Shown here piece after piece: positions 44,936 to 58,807 of a stretch of DNA of 64,000 nucleotides (positions are counted from its first letter, which is position 1; each line of letters begins with the position of its first letter). The notes beneath the pieces are model-generated. The model was not told the origin of the DNA. It searched no databases and saw nothing but the letters and a program-made list of their open reading frames with translations. Origin of the DNA: Gnetum montanum. Its lineage: Eukaryota; Plantae; Gnetophyta. The position numbers were made by a program, and so were the translations under genes. The stretch is taken from contig MNCI01001933.1 of the NCBI GenBank assembly GCA_015680685.1, forward strand, positions 98,817 through 162,816, written 5' to 3'.

Positions 44936-47900
44936 AATGGTATCAGAGCATTTTGAAAATTGTGTTGTGATAGGCATGTGCTCTTTGGTTGTGTTACTCT
45001 ATTGAGGTTGTTCGATTAATGGTCCCTTCGGATTGATACCTAGGTGATCTAGGATCATATCCTTATGTATTCTTTGAAGAGTTGCCTTATGGCAATGTTT
45101 TAAGCTCTTCATGAGGGGATAAATGTTAAATTATGAGCAACTGATGTACGTTGCTCTCCTTGAGGATGTAAACGATTACATTGTGGTGATGTCCTCCACT
45201 TGGTTACTTGTGGTTGGACTAGTTGTGATTGTATGTGATATGGTAGAGAGGAGTTCTATTGGCAACTCAAGAATTTTGTTGCTCAAGGAGCTTTCATCTC
45301 TGGTCTTCAGTGATTCATTTAGGATGAATTGGACTAAGTATTTGCTTCAGTTTCCACCTAGATGACATGTTTCGAGTTGGCATTTGTTGAATTGTGCAGG
45401 ATAGGATATCCTTGCACTCCCACTCATCCTAGATATAGTGAGTATGGGAAAATACAAATTGGGACAAGATGGTTCCCAAGTACCTTAGGATGGAGGGCCT
45501 TCGGACATGTGCTCTTGGTGAGCCTTGTTATGGGTGGATTAAGACCATTGTCAGTAGACTTTGTACACTCGTGTTTGTGATTGTATGTTTGTCTATTTGT
45601 GTATGCGTGTCTTCTTGGTTGTGCTTTCAAATTTTGCATGCATGTTATTTTCATCGTGTCTATCATTTGTAATGCAAGGCTTGGTGTTTTACGTAGTATG
45701 ATGACTTATTGTTGGGAATGTTGAGGATGCATTTTGAGGCTGTTTGTGCCATCCCAAACCCAAATGTTTGTTGTCTTGTTTGACAACTTCTTGTGCGTGA
45801 GGCATGATTGCCTTTGTTGTTGATCTTTGTGAGTTGTGCTCCCTTGTTTGAGCTAGTTGTGTTGCCCTTGGGCTTGTGGCATCACTCTTTTAATTGGTGA
45901 CATTTCTTGGTCACTATGATTCGAAGACTACTGGTGTGGGTCATCCTATTGTAGGTTCTTGATGAGACCACACCTCTTTTGATGAGAGTCTTTCTTGTGG
46001 ATGCATCCTCTGTGATGTTGCTCGCTGTTGTGAGAATTGGTTTTATGCAAATGTGTTGTTGGATAGACCTTATTTTTGGGTTGAGTTATTGCCCATGCCT
46101 TTTATGATTGTGTTGAGATTTTGATCCTGGTTGAAACCAGTGTTAATGGCTGGGAATGATTGTTGTATATGAATCTTGGAATTCTAAGAGTGTGCTAGCT
46201 CTCTCTGGATGTGCCTTATGATGAAATCGTTTGTTGAGTGTATCTAATTGAACCATTAATGTTTTGCATGATTGATATCTATGCATGTTACTGAGGTCTT
46301 GTTTTTTATGATGTGCAAGAGTGATATTACCTTGTTATATGATCATGCTTGATGGTTGCGTATGAGGCTAATATGCTGATCGTGTTCCTGCTAACTTCTA
46401 TGTTTCTAAGCTTTTTTCTGAGTGTTTGTAGGCAGCATAGGTACAAAGATGTAGCCAATGGTGACCTTAGTTGATTTTGTGAGCACTATGTCTATGGGGA
46501 AGATATGTGCTCTTGAGACCTTCATGAACTGATTATTGGTCTTAGAGTCCTAACATTGGGTTGTGGATTTATCAATACCTTGGCTGTGATGAATCAGCAG
46601 GTACATTATGATTTGTTTGCCTCTTTGTGCTAGGTGAGCACTAATAGAGGACGATGCTTTGTCCTAGATCCTATAGATATTGGGCTAATAGATGGCATGA
46701 AATGGTATCCTTGGCCATGTTGGATACAGATGGACCAAGAGTGGCCAATGCATTGAGGTCCTACTATGGTAGGTGGTGGATACTCGGTTGGCGTGTTTCA
46801 TTATTCGATTGCTGTGTTTGTGTCCCAAATCGTTTTCGTTCGATGTAGTGGGTTCAGTGCGACAGTCAATCATGTACGTTTTGAGACAGTGGTGTAGTGA
46901 CAGATGATCGTTTATGCTTCGTGATAGAGATAGGTTTTTCTTAGAATAGCATGGTTCTTTCATGCTATGCTCCTCGTGGCCTAAATCCTTTAGCCTAGGA
47001 TTGGCTTGGGTAGTTTGTCCTATAGCCTTCTAGGCTTGGGTAGCATTCCCAAATACCATGTATGTTCTCATTAAAATGTATTCCTATCCTTGGGTGTGTG
47101 AAATATATCCTTGTGATATTCTTAATTCGATTGTATGCACTCAAAAGTGCTAGATGTATTGCCCTATGTGACTCAGTTTTCTTCTCATTGTAGGCCTATG
47201 CCACACCCTGTGACAAGGCTAAGCTTGATGTATGGTGTTTTTCTAGTGTTTGTTTTAAAGCATCTTTACTATATGTTGTAAATGGCCTTTGTGCCTTGAT
47301 GTATAATTCTGTTGAAAACCTCATGGGAAATTCTTAATTGCGATACAGTGTTGTAACGAACGGACCATGGCATGTCCTTGCCCATTGTGCTCTTGAACTA
47401 GTGCCATGTGTTCTTGGTGATGTTGGCATGCCTGGATGGTGTGTGCTTTGGTGAACATCCTTGAGATAGAACAAATCTTGGGAACACTTTCTCTTGTGTT
47501 CCTGGATTGGCAAAGATCTTGTTCACAGATGATGATCGATGGTGGTATGTAGCCTGAAATACAAACAAGTTGGTTTGATGTGTTTGATCTTGATAACGGG
47601 TGCTTCACTATGGCCATGTGAATTACAATGGCAGACGGAGATTCAAATCAATGTGATGTTGTGATGTCTAGCTGTGGAGTAGAGTTGAGTTCTGGGTATT
47701 GGCACCTAGGCTTGCTCTTCCATGTTGGATGCGATCGTGGAGTAGCTTTGCAAATGTTGGGAAGGTGGTCCATCCTTGAATAAATGATGTTATAGATACA
47801 TAAATTGTGACTTCTCTTGGTGGCCTCGCTTGGTGGGCTTGAATGTGCTCAAAACACTTGAGCCAATGCTCTCATGATTGGGGGCTTCTAATGATTGTGC

Positions 47901-50501
47901 ATGTAGGTGTGCTTTCATGACTGATTGCTTTTGGTGCTTCTGAGGGCTATGGTGCACTCTCATGGCTTGGGACTTATTGGTGCTTTCATGGTCTATGGTG
48001 TGAGTCCAGGATAGGGGACTCATTATGTCTAATCAGCTATAGTATCTTACCGAATTTTCTTGTATACTCTATCCCTTATGTACACTGATGTATCACATTG
48101 TCCCTTCCTAATGTATTGTCCCATGTCCCTAGTATAATGGTAATTCATGTTGGTGTTCTCACCTCCTTGGTGGGATGCAGAGTTGAGCATGATATTACTT
48201 GGCGAATCTTTAATTCTATGAGGGGCCATTCTCCATTTTGATGGATGCCCTCTTCAGTTCCTGAAATAATAAGGTAGGTGATATTGAGACGATTGTTTCT
48301 TGTTTGGGACCTAGAAGCAGTTGATGTTCGAGACTTGTTCCTAGCANATAATGGTAATTCATGTTGGTGTTCTCACCTCCTTGGTGGGATGTAGAGTTGA
48401 GCATGATATTACTTGGCGAATCTTTAATTCTATGAGGGGCCATTCTCCATTTTGATGGATGCCCTCTTCAGTTCCTGAAATAATAAGGTAGGTGATATTG
48501 AGACGATTGTTTCCTGTTTGGGACCTAGAAGCAGTTGATGTTCGAGACTTGTTCCTAGCACTTGCCCCATGTTCATGAACTCTTGGGGTTTGTTTTCAGA
48601 GACAGAATGTGGTTACTTGGGTGAAATTCAGGCAACCTCCTTTGTGAGGCCACGTTGTTGATGTTCCTTCTTGTAAGCAACACATGATCTTATGTACTTA
48701 CTTAGCTTTTGGGGGCTTTAGAGGAAGTTCCTTGTTGGGATTTTCTAGTAGAGCACCCTTATTGTAAACCTTTTAGGGATGAATCATGTAGTGTTTTGAG
48801 TTGTAACTGATGTTGGTGAAGCCCATTCCATTTAAAACTATCTTGAGGACCCAGTCCTCCTATGGGCAAAATTTTGTTGTTGACTTGTGTCTATCATTTG
48901 GGTTGAATGATAATAGGTAGTGGTGTGGCCTTGTCCACCACAAATTGATGTAAATGGGCTTGACTAGGATGTATGAAAAAAAAACCTAGATCTCCCAAGA
49001 TGAAACAAAAATCCCTCTTGATAAAATTTCAAAGGGATGAACTGCTTGGTGTCTCGAGTTATTCTCAAGGTGAAATTTAATTTGGGTAAGCCTTGTGAAC
49101 CCATGTCTTCCCTCAGCTGGTAACAGTTCAATAATATGGTTCTATTGGCTATATTGACTACTTGGGCATGTATTATGGGTAAGGTGTAGTTGGGCTGCTA
49201 TACTTACCTATGGAAGAAACCTCCCAAAGAGGATCCTTCCTTCAAGTGCAAAAATATAACGAAAGGTGTTGATCACAAGATGGGTAGTTGTTCTTGATAT
49301 AGTGGGGAAAATCAAATTCTGGGAACCTAGATGTTCCTTGGAGAATTCATGTTTTGGTTGCTCTTAGAGGTGACTCTATATTCTTTCCTGGACCTAGTGT
49401 TTAGAAAATGGTGCCTGTCCCATAACTTGGAGTGGGAAGGATAGCTTGTATGTTGCAAGTGCGGTTGATCCTTCTCCATGAATGGGATATTATGGTTGCA
49501 TTCAATGATGTGCTTATGGTTGACATGAGACGTGTGTATGGAGGATTGTCATTGGGTTGCCTGCACAATAGATCCTCCACTTGTTCTAACATTCGAGCAA
49601 GCATTCTCGATGTTGGACAATCACAAGAGGTGTTGATGATAGTTTGGGCTTGTTGTATGATAGCCTCTTGGAGAAGTTTCCAAACAGATTTTTGAAACTT
49701 CTCTTTCATTGTGGCTATGGAATATTGTTGGATGGTGAATTAAGGTATGTGATGCTGGTGTCTATGGAAAGCAAGGTTAAGCTCAAAAGATTTTTCCTTG
49801 TACCTTGTTTGGAAGGGAGAACATGCTTGACTCCCTTCATACCAACTTGGACAAACATGATGAAAAAAAAATGCGCATGATATCGATGCACATGGAATCA
49901 ATGCTTAGATGGTTGCACTGGTGAGACCCCATGGGTTTGGATGTGAGTAGCAAAACATGGAGTTCTAGCAAGCATGAGTTGCTTGCCAAGACATGGCTCT
50001 TTTAGAGCATGTCCTCCCTCTCGATTTAATGTTCCCAAGTCCCTCACCATGGGTAGTGGCCTTGGTGAGCCCTCAAAATCGATGATAAAAAAAATCGATG
50101 GGTGCTAAGATGCCATTCACAAAGGAACTCGGTGGGACTTGCAAAAGAGGAGTTGTCTTCTTGCATAAGTATGGGTTTACGCAAGAAGATATGTCTCTAG
50201 AACCTCAAAAGGGATGGATCTAGGGGATGCATTAGAGATGTTGGCCCTTTGGGTTGGACAACTCCTACTTGTTATAGAGTAGGGAAGTCTTTGGGCTTCC
50301 TCCAATCGCCCTTGCATTTCATGCAAGGCATTGGATGGAAGGACGTATCAGGTTTTGGGGTTGGTATCTTCATCAAGCTTGGCATCAGAGGAGTTGACAG
50401 ATCCCCAGAGTTGATGGAGTTCCGAACCCATACAAAAGTATAATCTCGAAGCTATCCTAGGCTCTACTTTAAGGACGTCGCTTCTTTGTGTGGGGAAGGA
50501 T

Positions 50502-51084
50502 TGTGAGAGATGTCCCAGGGTGGTGGTTCTCCTAGGCTCTCCCCATGGTTCAGAGGCCATGGAACACTTTGAGGTGCCCTCGGGTGACTCTCAAGTGTTA
50601 GAAAACCCACCCCGGCTTGGCAGTACCAAGCTAGCAAGAGGACACCCTCCTGTTGTAACTCTCTTCTAAGTCCTCTTCATTCCCCCCTCATCACAGAGAC
50701 CTACATGGCCCTGATTTTTATGGTGGTCGTAGATATGTAGGAAGCCAAGACTAGATAGTTTTGGTGTGGTGCTAGGACACACCTTATACCAGATCATGAG
50801 GGATCTGGGGGTGAGGCACCTTCCTTTGTAGGTGCATCGTTTCCCCTCCCACCAATGTTGTCTACAAGGTTGTTTGTGTGCTTGTTTGCATGGTCCTCGT
50901 TTTGGAGTTGGTTGGCTTTCGTGAGGCGCATTCCCAAATATGTTAAGAAGTTGTGATTCTGCTTGCACTTACTTGAGAGTTGCTTGCTCGCTTGAGGCGT
51001 ATTCCCCAAGTCTTCTGCCCTAGATCTATTGGATCTTAGTGAATTCCTTGGGGTGTCAGACAATGTTGGGGCAACGTTGTTACA
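50502..51084 (+). repeat. 3' LTR
   Basis: Direct repeat of 44354-44935. Confidence 0.95.
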
Positions 51085-52610
51085 TGGAGCGTCTTTTTAA
51101 GAATCATTGTAAGAATCACCCAAGAATATTCACGCTTTTCAATTTGCTCTTTTATATTTATATTTTTTTCCAATTTAATTTTTTTCAAGTAAACATCTCT
51201 TATTTAACAAAGTTTATGTTCTAAAACACACAATATTATTATTGATCATGGCCCCATGCCTAGCATGGACGATGTTGGCATCAACACATAGAAGAACAAT
51301 AATTGATAATTGGAAACTTAATAATTAAGCAAAAAAATGTTTGAAAATGAAATATAATCATCAACTTCTCCATCTAATGCCTTCTTATCACAACTAACTA
51401 AATCACCTAGAAAGCATAGAAACACAAAAGGAATTAGTCATAAGACTAAGTAAGATAAATAAGCTACAAATACTCCTTTGTGGGTATTGGTTAGAGGCAT
51501 CAAGTAGCTAGATAATCATACATAAGGGGTAGGTGCAAGTAAATAGTTGGCATCCAAAAATACAAACATGCATAGATGAATGTCAAATAACCATTAATGA
51601 CTAAATTAAATATCCAAAAGAAAAATAAATGAAAAAAAGGCTCCACCACTTCTCACTAAACCTAAACAAAATCAAAATTGAACAAATGGCACTTACTGAC
51701 TAAACTGACCACATAAGTACTTAGCCCACTATTGACTAGATTAACCATGCAATTACTGCAAAGATAAATGATACTAACCTGATTTACTACATAAGTTTCT
51801 AACTCACTATAGATCTGACTGACCATGTAGTCATCACAAAGATTATTAGTGTTGCTAAACAAAATCTAAACTAAAGCCAAATTGTCAAATATCAAATATA
51901 ATATATAACATAATAAAATAATTTCCTAGGTAATAGAGAGATATACTTAAATAGCTTAATAAAGCCAAAGAGAGGTCTAAGACCAAAGATGGTGTTAGCA
52001 AAGCAAAGACTCTAAGGTGCAAAAAATGCTAAAATTGAAAATATAGCTTTGAATGATTGATTGAAAAATGCAAAAAAGGAAATCTAACCTCCTAGAGGTT
52101 GTTCTAGGCTACCAAAATGCTAAAAATTTCATCAGTTGTCATTTTTAGACTTTCAAGCATTTTGAGAAGCCCTAGTCACTAAAATTTTCACTATTTTCAT
52201 CAATTTTTGTTGCTCGTAGGTTGGGGGTTTCTTTACAAAAGTTGTTTGATATCTTAAGAAGAATCAAAATATGTCCTAAAAATTTATCTTAAGCTATGTT
52301 ATTACTTGCGATAGATGGTTGAGTGGTTCTTTGGATGTGCACTGACAAGTTGAGCAACTTTGTCTCTTGGGTTGTCATTGTTTGGTGCCATTTCAAGGAT
52401 TAAAAATGTAAATTATGGCTTAAAACCCTAGTTCTATGGTTGAAAACTTTAACAAAATGGAAACAAGATCAAAATGTTAACTAAGGTTACATGCATGATA
52501 AAAAAAATCTTAGATATATAGGATAACTTAGAAAATATTAATAAAATAGTTAGATTTGAAAACCAGAGATTTTATCAAATAGTTGCTACAAAAACAAAGA
52601 TAAGCCAAAA

Positions 52611-52760
52611 CGTATGCACATGAAGTAAAAGTACCAAAAACCCATAAAAATGAAGCAAAGTACTAATTACCCTACTTGAAAAGAAGAATGTATGCACATG
52701 AAGTAAAAGTACAAAAAAACCCATAAAATGAAGCAAGGTACTAATTACCCTACTTGAAAT
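52611..52760. repeat. ~79-bp tandem duplication
   Basis: GTATGCACATGAAGTAAAAGTAC..TACTAATTACCCTACTTGAAA occurs twice. Confidence 0.85.
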
Positions 52761-52950
52761 GATAATGCTTCATCATGTAACTTTTGTGTGGCAAAGATTT
52801 CCCAAACAAGCTCCAAATCTTGGGCAAAATCGTAAGTTAACAATGGCATCTAAGAAAAATCAAAAACAAGATATGAAACTAGGCTCTTACCATAGTCTTG
52901 GTTGGTAGTGTAGATCTAGATCTAGTTTTTCTTCAATTTGGTAGGGTCTT

Positions 52951-53759
52951 TGATGAGCGGCAAGGTGCCCCTACATTCAACCATACGAATACGAGCGTGT
53001 ATGCACGATTCGGTGGAACTCCATGGATGGACTAGTTGTGGCACCTAGATAGTTATACATTTTGATTGTAGTTCGTTGTCTTCCCACCTAGACTAATAGT
53101 AGCTTTGTCACGTATGGTTTAGTCCAGAGTGAGGCATATGATGTTGTCCTAATCTCTATGTTACTCTTGATGATAGAAAAGATAAATTGATTAAATTAAT
53201 AATAAGAGCAAAACCTAAATTAGCCTATGGCAATGGTATCCATCCTCAATTGTTTGTACACATCTTGGACTTCATGGGATTACTGCTGGGCATGCCAAGT
53301 ATTTGCACTTAAACGCTCGTGATTAAGGCATACACATTCTGCTCAATGATAGGAAAAGTAAATAACAATAAATCAAATGTTAACTAAAGAAGACATTAAA
53401 TAATTAAAACAAATAAATTAATCTAAGTGAATGCTGCAATGATGAAAGGAATCTCGATCTTTATTGTTGGTCATGCATGTGTCCAAGTATGTCACACTCA
53501 AACAAAGGTGTCGAACAATTATAATCATCACACTGTGGGCATGCACTGGGAATAACTAGTTTGGAAGAACGAAATTGAAACTAAATTGCCAAAAGAAAAG
53601 AACTTCTAACTTTCTAATGATCTAATAATCCCCTCGTTGTTCATTTGAGTGCTATAGTTATAGGCTAACATAGGAATCATGATATCGTGTATACGATATC
53701 GTATCCAGGCTACGATATCACGTACTCAATATTAGGGCCTGGCAAACCGTGATTCATCA
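52951..53759 (-). repeat. 3' LTR of copy 4
   Basis: Direct repeat of 61253-62041. Confidence 0.93.
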
Positions 53760-53919
53760 TACCCCCATGACTAAATAAAAACTCATCCTCAAGCTAATAC
53801 AATGTGAAACGAGTCTCTTACAAAATATTATGAAGGTATGGGATTATTAACTATTACTGACTCACCATGTCGTAGTATGGGAACACAAAATTTGGACACA
53901 AAATACAAAATGTTGGAAG

Positions 53920-56692
53920 TCATGTGGTTTCTAGAGGTGGTGGCTTCTCCATTGGTGCTTTCCCTTTGTCTAACCCTGCAAGCTTTTGAGATTGCTGATG
54001 GGTGAGAAGTGTCTACAGTTTCTCTTCTTTTGTTCGAGGATCATGCATAATCCATGCTAATGTTCCAATGTTTGATGGAGTTGGCAACTCCCATGGACAC
54101 GACAACTGTGGAAACATCTAGTTTGCCTTAACATATCATGTAGCAAACTATAATCGTTCCTCCTCATAGGATCTAACTTTGTCTTGTAATTCCTGATAAT
54201 CTGTTAGTTGTTGAGCCAAGATTTTTGTTACATCTTTTTGGTCATGGTAGCTTACCTTGACCACTTCTAATTTAGAGCTTGCTGCTTCTAATTTTTGCAA
54301 TGTCTTCTTATGTTCTACAAACTTTGTCTCATACTTAGCATAAGTGGTAGCTACCTGCTTCTCAAGCTCAGTTCTCGAATATCCTACTATTAACATGGCC
54401 AAGTTGGCATATTGCAGGTTTGCCAACTCCATGTACTCTGTTAAGTTTTAAATTTTCAGGTCCTGACTTTTCAGTTCTACTTAGTGGATGAAGGCATAAA
54501 TATCCAGTACTGCTCGTCAGTTAGTGTGTTGAGCATTGAAAGAATTAATGTGAGCCTTAGCCATACAAATATCCTTCTCAATGATTTCCTTATACATCCC
54601 CACCTAATCACAGAAGTGTTCTTTTAACTTCTTGTGCTTCTTAGCCTCATTTTGCCATGCACTTATTTCTATGGTTGTCTTTTGTCGGATGGCGTGAACC
54701 TCCTCCATGGAGAGGTTTCTATTCTCTCTAGGTAAGCAATTCATGTCTTTGACCCGAACTAGTTGTTATTGCATTTTTTGAAAACTTTCTTCAAGAACAT
54801 TCTTCTATTTCTCAATTGTTGTCAACCAGAGATTTTTAGTAGCAAGCAGTTTATTCTCCTCTTGTAAGGCCTTGAGAGCTTTAGCATGTGCATACATTTG
54901 AGCTTGTGCCTTTAAAGCTTCCTAATCAACCTGTTCTTTTTCCCTTGCCATCTTTTTATTTTCTTCCAACAATTTATTTAGTTGCTCAGTTTTGAAAATG
55001 TCTAATTGGTCAACTGTGATAAATTGAAAAGGATCCCTTCATTCAGCTTGTAGGGTGATGAGCTTTTCTTGCAATCTTTGCAACTCTGCTTCCACGTGTT
55101 GGCCCTAACTTTAGCCATGACCAATTTTCCTTTGGTGGAAATGAGGTCTAATTATGTTGCTATGACATCTTGGGGAATTTCAAACAAGGATGTCATAACT
55201 TGTCCTGTCTGTTGCAAGCGATCCAAAGCATCTTCATGTTTTGTAGGAGTCATTGAGGGACTGGCCAAAACTTGAGCATCACGTGCTCCTGTGAAATCTA
55301 TTGATGGCATAATAGGAACATTAAATGATTCTTTGATGTGGTCTGTGACCACCTCTCCTGTGCTTGCCACATCCTGGTGCTACATGATCATCATTGTGGC
55401 ACGTTCACCAGTTTTTAATCTGACCTAGAAGGATGTTGCATTCCTAGAGATCTATTGAGACCATTGGGACTCTCCTCCTGAAATCAATAAAATATGTCCA
55501 CTTGTAGGATTAGTCAAAATAGTGGGTTGTACGACATCATCAGTGACCCTGAATAGGTTTTTAGCATCACAACTTCCCTAACTGACCATTTTAGCAATTG
55601 TTCGGAGATGACTGATAGATGCTCGATAGTCTTGTTGCAATGGTGGTGATTGTTGGACTTGCTAGCTTATGGGTTGTGTGTTGGGCCCCACTTCCTATTG
55701 TTGGCTAGGTCCTATCGTTGGAGGTGTAATGGGCCCAATCGTTTGCTCTTCCTCTTGTTCTAATTTCTCGCCAACATCTTTCCTTGGCATCGGCGATTTG
55801 AGCAGTTTAGCATATGAAGCATTTTGGGAATTTCTAGGAATACCATTTGTGTAGCCCAAGATTCCAACACATCTACACAGCTTCCTAATAAGATAAAGGA
55901 AATGTAAGGTAAGCTTCCCTGTCTTCCTTTCTTCAAATCACCTTAATATCTTCGTTAGATGTAAATTGGGTAGATTCGCATTAAAGTTTTCCATCAAAAT
56001 CACATTGCCCACATCACATAAGTAGATAATCTATTTAAACCTTTGGTGGGGAAAAGGTGATTAGTGCCAATCTTAAAGTAGATCCTCTCTTCCAAGTTCA
56101 GTTGTCCATAAACTTTATTCTCCTTGTCGTAAGCCCATTTCAACCATAATTTCCTTGCATTTGCATCCAAGTGAGTAGACAAATGTGCAACTTTTGATCC
56201 TTGATTTGGAAGATTTAGGACCTTTGCAATAGCCTTTGTAGAAAAATCAATGGAAACACCACCTATATTGGTAACAGTGCCTTCCTGCTTGTCATGCCAG
56301 AATTGGTATGTTTCACCCAAATATAAATCACCACTCTATGAGAGAATAGGCCATAATGGAGGTGCCTTAACTTGAGTCTTTACTAGTTTAGGGGCAAACT
56401 CGGTGAAAGGCCCAAAATTGAGCTTCAAGATCATAGTTGCAAAGATGGACTTCTCCTAAATGACTTGGAAACATTTAGGGGATAGCGTAAGATGTTGCCC
56501 TGGTTCTGAGGCTCTAACTTCATCACCTTTTGCATGGCTAGATTGCACTATCACAGGGGCTTTCTAATGAATGTTGAATGAGTGGACCTCCTACTCTTCA
56601 TGTTCTATGCAAGGTTCCTAGCCTCTACCTCCTCTTAGGCATTTAGCTACTCCTTGGGAAGGTCCTACTCAATCTCCTATTTTGGGGGCCAT
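53920..56692 (-). pseudogene. Accessory ORF2 (~920 codons): putative plant transposon protein-like N-terminal domain plus long coiled coil
   Basis: Starts MAPK; IDFSTKAIAKVLNLP (56000..56320); fragments 55152..55370 and 54148..54432; scattered stops. Confidence 0.75.
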
Positions 56693-57197
56693 TTGTAATC
56701 ACACAATAATCATTGTTACTAAGGTTGTGTAAAGAAATTTTTATCAATTCATACCTCACTCATTGTCTTAATTAACAATCCATAATTGTCTAGTGTGATT
56801 TTTAGAGTTAAAAATATTTTCGAGAAGTGGCTCCAAAATGGGTTATTGTTGACCTTATAATCATTTGGGTGGCTTGGGTGATTGATAAAAATCAGCTTGG
56901 CATTTAAACATGGAAGGTTTCTTTGGTAAACATTGAATTTCTTACCCCTATAATATCCTTCGAATGAAGGAAAATTTTGAAAAACGTTTACACACTCTCC
57001 ACTACAATACTCCCCCACGACTAAGTGGAACACTTTGGGTTAAACTAGGATCAAACAAAATTGAAATCTAAATGTTAGGAAGCGGGATATTATGCTTGGA
57101 AGATGGAGATGTAAAGCTCTAAGTCACAAAGGAAAATTTCAACAACTCCCCAAGTGTCAAATAAAAGAAATGAATTTGAAATAGACAAGGCTGTGAG

Positions 57198-57282
57198 TAT
57201 ATATAGGTAGGGAAGACACGATATCATGTACCCGATATCAGGTACTCGGTATCATGTCAGATACGATATCGCATCCCCATCA
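57198..57282 (-). promoter_or_regulatory. Internal GATATC-palindrome cluster plus TATA (LTR U3-like cassette) upstream of ORF2
   Basis: Minus strand: TGATGGGGATGCGATATCG..GATACCG..GATATCGG..GATATCGTGTC..CCTATATATA. Confidence 0.6.
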
Positions 57283-58807
57283 AAATTCATTGAATGCAAG
57301 GATTGAGTGGAAATAAGAAACTTTTGATGTGTAATGAATGATTGGAGACTAAATTGGAAACTTTGGGGTATTTAGAAAATTACTTTTGAGGCGCTAGAAA
57401 TATATCATGGTGGGATCATATTTGAAAATTTGTGAAAAGGGGCTAGGATGAAGGGTGTATAATGATTTTTGAGGAATGATTGAATTAAAATGATAAGGGA
57501 AAGGATAGTTCACCTAGGTAAGTAGTCAGAGGGTGTAAAATAATGTGTTGTATGCAATAGGGACAAGTTATAAAAGTTACATAAGTGGATCCTCCCCAAA
57601 GAAAGCTCTAGCCTATGATGCCCTTCTGGAACCACACCTCTAATGTATGTAGGCACTAGAGAAGTTGAATGCAACATATAGTTGTGAATAAAACACACAT
57701 GTTAAAACCACCGAGTTGAGATAATAACTCTATGTTATACCAACCATAAGTTATGAACACTTAGACAATGAGATGAGATGGATGCAGAAGGGATCGTAGA
57801 AATCGAGACATGAGGTTTTTCATGATGGTCACAGTCGAATCTTGTGTGTAATTAGTGATTAAATAACCATGTGTTTGGCTTTCCAAGTTGTAGACCAAGT
57901 CCATACCACATTGTAGTGACACCACATTGCTTCATCCCATCGACAAACAACCATAAGCCTACTAGAGTTGCAAGGAGTAACATCACTTGACGTTTTGTTC
58001 AAGCGAGGAGCAAGGGAGGAGTGTCATGGTGGCTTACTCTCTTCCTTTCCTTCTTCTTTCTTCTTCTCTTCTTTTTTTTCCTTTTTCTTATTCGTGTTTG
58101 GCTCTATGAAGTCGCCTACCTTCAAGCATGGGTACATGTCTTTCTAGTAGGACTCACAGAAGCTTATCTAGCACCATTTAAGTTGCTCTTAGTCTCATTT
58201 TTTGTTAGATCTACAAGGATATAGTTACAACCTTGGCAACACGATAGAACATATGGAAGTAGCCAAAGAGAATCTATGAATCCCCTTGATGTTATACCCT
58301 TATCATTCCACCTTGGTCCTTCACTTGTCTCTGTAAACACAATGATTATCAAATTATTTATAGTTAGATGATGAAAAAGATTACATTGTGACTAGAGCAT
58401 AAACCTCTTATTAATGAAATGGATGGATGGATGTCATGGTCTTAATGTTTGAATAATCAGTCCCTTATGATTAGGCAACATAGAGAAAAACCTCACCTTA
58501 ATGGGCAACATGATCAACTTATTCACAGTCGAGATTATGATGATAAATTAAAATAACAATTAGAAAAAGTAAAAGAATAGAGAAATGACAAAGAAAAATC
58601 GTAAAAAAAAAGATAAAATAACACTTAAAATCCTAGAAATTAGAATGGGGGGTGACCCCCACAACTAAACATTTGGTTATGGCTAGGATTAATAAGTGGA
58701 TGAATAGGATCCATCCATGTATGAAATGTTAGGGGTTTGTCATGCCCTAGCCACTGGGTGTCTATTGGTTGTATGGTGGTTGGGTAGAAAAATTGTTAAT
58801 CACACAC

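Larger units (their letters stand above)
44354..51084 (+). mobile_element. Non-autonomous Ty3/gypsy (chromovirus-like) LARD-type element
   Basis: LTRs 44354-44935 and 50502-51084 (TGTGA..TTACA); Met PBS TGGTATCAGAGC at 44938-44949; PPT GGGGAAGGAT at 50492-50501; TSD TGGAC/TGGAG; only faint pol traces. Confidence 0.92.

Noticed and set aside
48135-48560. ~213-bp tandem duplication giving twin MAPHRIKDSP ORFs
   Set aside because: The junction is a single N (48347); likely an assembly overlap artefact.
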